DNA from: Stegostoma tigrinum
Lineage: Eukaryota
Assembly: GCF_030684315.1 (NCBI RefSeq)
Contig: NC_081387.1
Span: 3,700,497 to 3,764,496 of the forward strand
DNA length: 64,000 bases
Reading direction: 5' to 3'
The notes beneath the pieces are model-generated. The model saw only the letters and a list, made by a program, of their open reading frames with translations, was not told the DNA's origin and searched no databases. Of the stretch, positions 61,993-64,000 are shown piece after piece (position 1 is the stretch's first letter; each line of letters begins with the position of its first letter). The translations under genes and the position numbers were made by a program.

Positions 61993-62775
61993 AAGTACAA
62001 GCAAGGGAAGCATATGTACATCACCAATATGCTGTTGAGAGCTGCTGTCTCTTAAGGAAGTTGACGCTGGTCGAGAGCAAAACAGAAACATTGAATTGGA
62101 CAGAAGGCGTCTTGATCAGATCAAACTATACAAGGACATACAAGTCTTCAAATGTTGCAGGCAGTTGTGATGAATAGATGGCCTGAAACAATCTGTTGCT
62201 GTAAGAGAGAATTGGATAGAGACAAGGATGTACAAAGAGACCTTATTCCTCTTGTAATGGAAAATCAAACCCAGCCAGGATCTCAGTACAGTATAACAAT
62301 GGTCTTAATTCAAGTGTACACAGAGAGAGCGGCCAAGAGGATTCCAGTTCTTCCACAAACAGATCTTACTTTTATGTTCAGAAACCACAATAGGCTATGT
62401 GTTCTTTTGCATGTAAACGTTTACTGAGAAAAATCACATAGCTACTGTCTACCACTTTAATGATAGAAGTTGGTTTTGACTCCTATTGATAAAGGTCTTG
62501 CTTTGCTTGATGGCACCAGTTGTAGTTTGTTGTCTAGCTTCCAATGTTCTAACTCAACCCAGTTCTTGGAGCTCTCAGCATTTGTCAACGTAAGTCAAAC
62601 TCACTTATGCTTTATGTTGCCCCATGCTTGATATCTCAAAAATCCCAAAAGAGACAGAAAATGAGATATTGAAGTGTAATCAAGTCAATGAGTGTAATCT
62701 GATGAAAGTAAGATAAATACCCTACTGAGCATATATCAGCAATGAATGTAAGGACCACATCAGCAAGTGCTATGT
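61993..62775 (+). mobile_element. Gypsy pol remnant homologous to 3350-3830, interrupted by other sequence at ~62200-62620
   Basis: YKQGKHMYITNMLLRA; GCAGTTGTGATGAATAGATGGCCTGAAAC; AGGACCACATCAGCAAGTGC. Confidence 0.65.
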
Positions 62776-62776
62776 G

Positions 62777-62937
62777 TAGAATCATAGAATCCCGACAGTG
62801 TGGAAACAGGCCCGTTGGCCCAACAAGTCCACGCCAAACCTCAGAGCATCCCACCCAGACCCATCCCCATAACCCACCTAATCTACACCCCACACCCCCC
62901 CGAACACTGCAGACAATTTAGCCCAGCCAGTCCACCT
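62777..62937 (-). mobile_element. HE1-like SINE 3' part
   Basis: TAGAATCATAGAATCCCGACAGTGTGGAAACAGGCCC tail. Confidence 0.6.
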
Positions 62938-63811
62938 TGTAGTATGCCTTATTGGTGTAAAGTGCTGTAAATGAAGCATTGGTTTTTGCAGATCATTACA
63001 AAACTTAAAGATTTTTTTGTAAGTACACAGGATTTTCAAAACTACCTGTCTTTTAAACCAAGCGTTCACAGAAAGTACAGACCCGGTTTCTGTTCTTAAC
63101 CAAAATTACTATTATTAGAAACAAATACTGTCACTAGAGATAAACAATTGTGAACTATCAATATAAAACTGTAACCCATGTGCAAAACTCCCCCTCTGCA
63201 CACACAACCAAATGGACACAAAAAATATGGATATTATGGGCAGAGAGAGAAAGATTGGACAGACAATGCAGTGATCTTTGGTTACAGCTTTTGCTAAGAT
63301 GATCCCTTCACTGATCAGAACACTGCTTCTTGATCTTCCCTCTCCAGGTCCTTTCACTTGCTTACAGGAGGCACTGGGTGACACCTATAAAGGTCTGAAG
63401 TATTAATTACAAATCACAGCTTACTCAACTGGTTAAGGGAAATCAGTTATCTTCAGGCTTCAGGTACTTTTTACTACAAAACAAAAACAACACTTTTCCT
63501 TCCAGAGGTCTGACACTTCTGCCCAAACATTCCTTCTCAAAATCTGTTCACCTAGCTTGCAACCAGTCATATTGTTGTTGATAAACTGGAAGCCTTTGTC
63601 ATTGATAACTAATCATTAGTCCACAGACTAATCAGCAACTGGTTGCTAGCCAAAGCTCTGTTTGTACAGAGCTTTCCCTACTGCTTGAACCAACAGCTAT
63701 GTAAAACAGCACTTAACTGACTTTCAGGTTATTTGCTGTTATAAAATACAACAAGTGCAGTAGATTCAATAAATCTTGACTTTTAAAAGTTATTTTCCCA
63801 GGGGAGGATCT

Positions 63812-64000
63812 TAGAACATAGAACATAGAAAAGTACAGCACAGTACAGGCCCTTCGGCCCACGATGTTGTGCCGTGGAATAATCCTAATCCAAAATTTAA
63901 AAATAACCTAAAGTACATTCCCCTCAATTCACTGCTGTCCATGTGCATGTCCAGCAGTCGCTTAAATGTCACTAATGACTCTGCTTCCACGACTACCACT
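63812..64000 (-). mobile_element. CR1 3' end, runs off the window
   Basis: (TAGAACA)n tail; similar to 59731-59880. Confidence 0.85.

Overview
Vertebrate genomic DNA, by inference from an elasmobranch (shark): CR1 LINEs, Penelope-like elements and HE1-type SINE tails dominate. The window is a tandem/inverted cluster of effector-less (no KRAB, SCAN or BTB seen) poly-C2H2 zinc-finger genes: four long ORFs (2670-3281 +, 12491-13966 -, 18610-19311 +, 36934-38205 +) and two pseudogenes (~33.5-34.6 kb -, ~61.1-62.0 kb +). The units share one architecture: a ~700-bp promoter/first-exon module, an intron, an acceptor with a ~400-nt leader, a ZF ORF starting at an M-E-E-K codon run that replaces a TGEK linker, and decayed fingers after the stop. 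The promoter module has six copies and is more similar between copies than the coding regions are. Between the genes are nested CR1, L2, RTE, Penelope and Gypsy remnants. Most notable are (i) a TSD-flanked insertion in which an intronless ADAP1 (ArfGAP) mRNA fragment is fused to the 5' end of a near-full-length RTE LINE, (ii) many minimal hammerhead-ribozyme motifs on Penelope termini, and (iii) several short locally templated insertions. Repeat boundaries are approximate and were read by eye. No database search was run.
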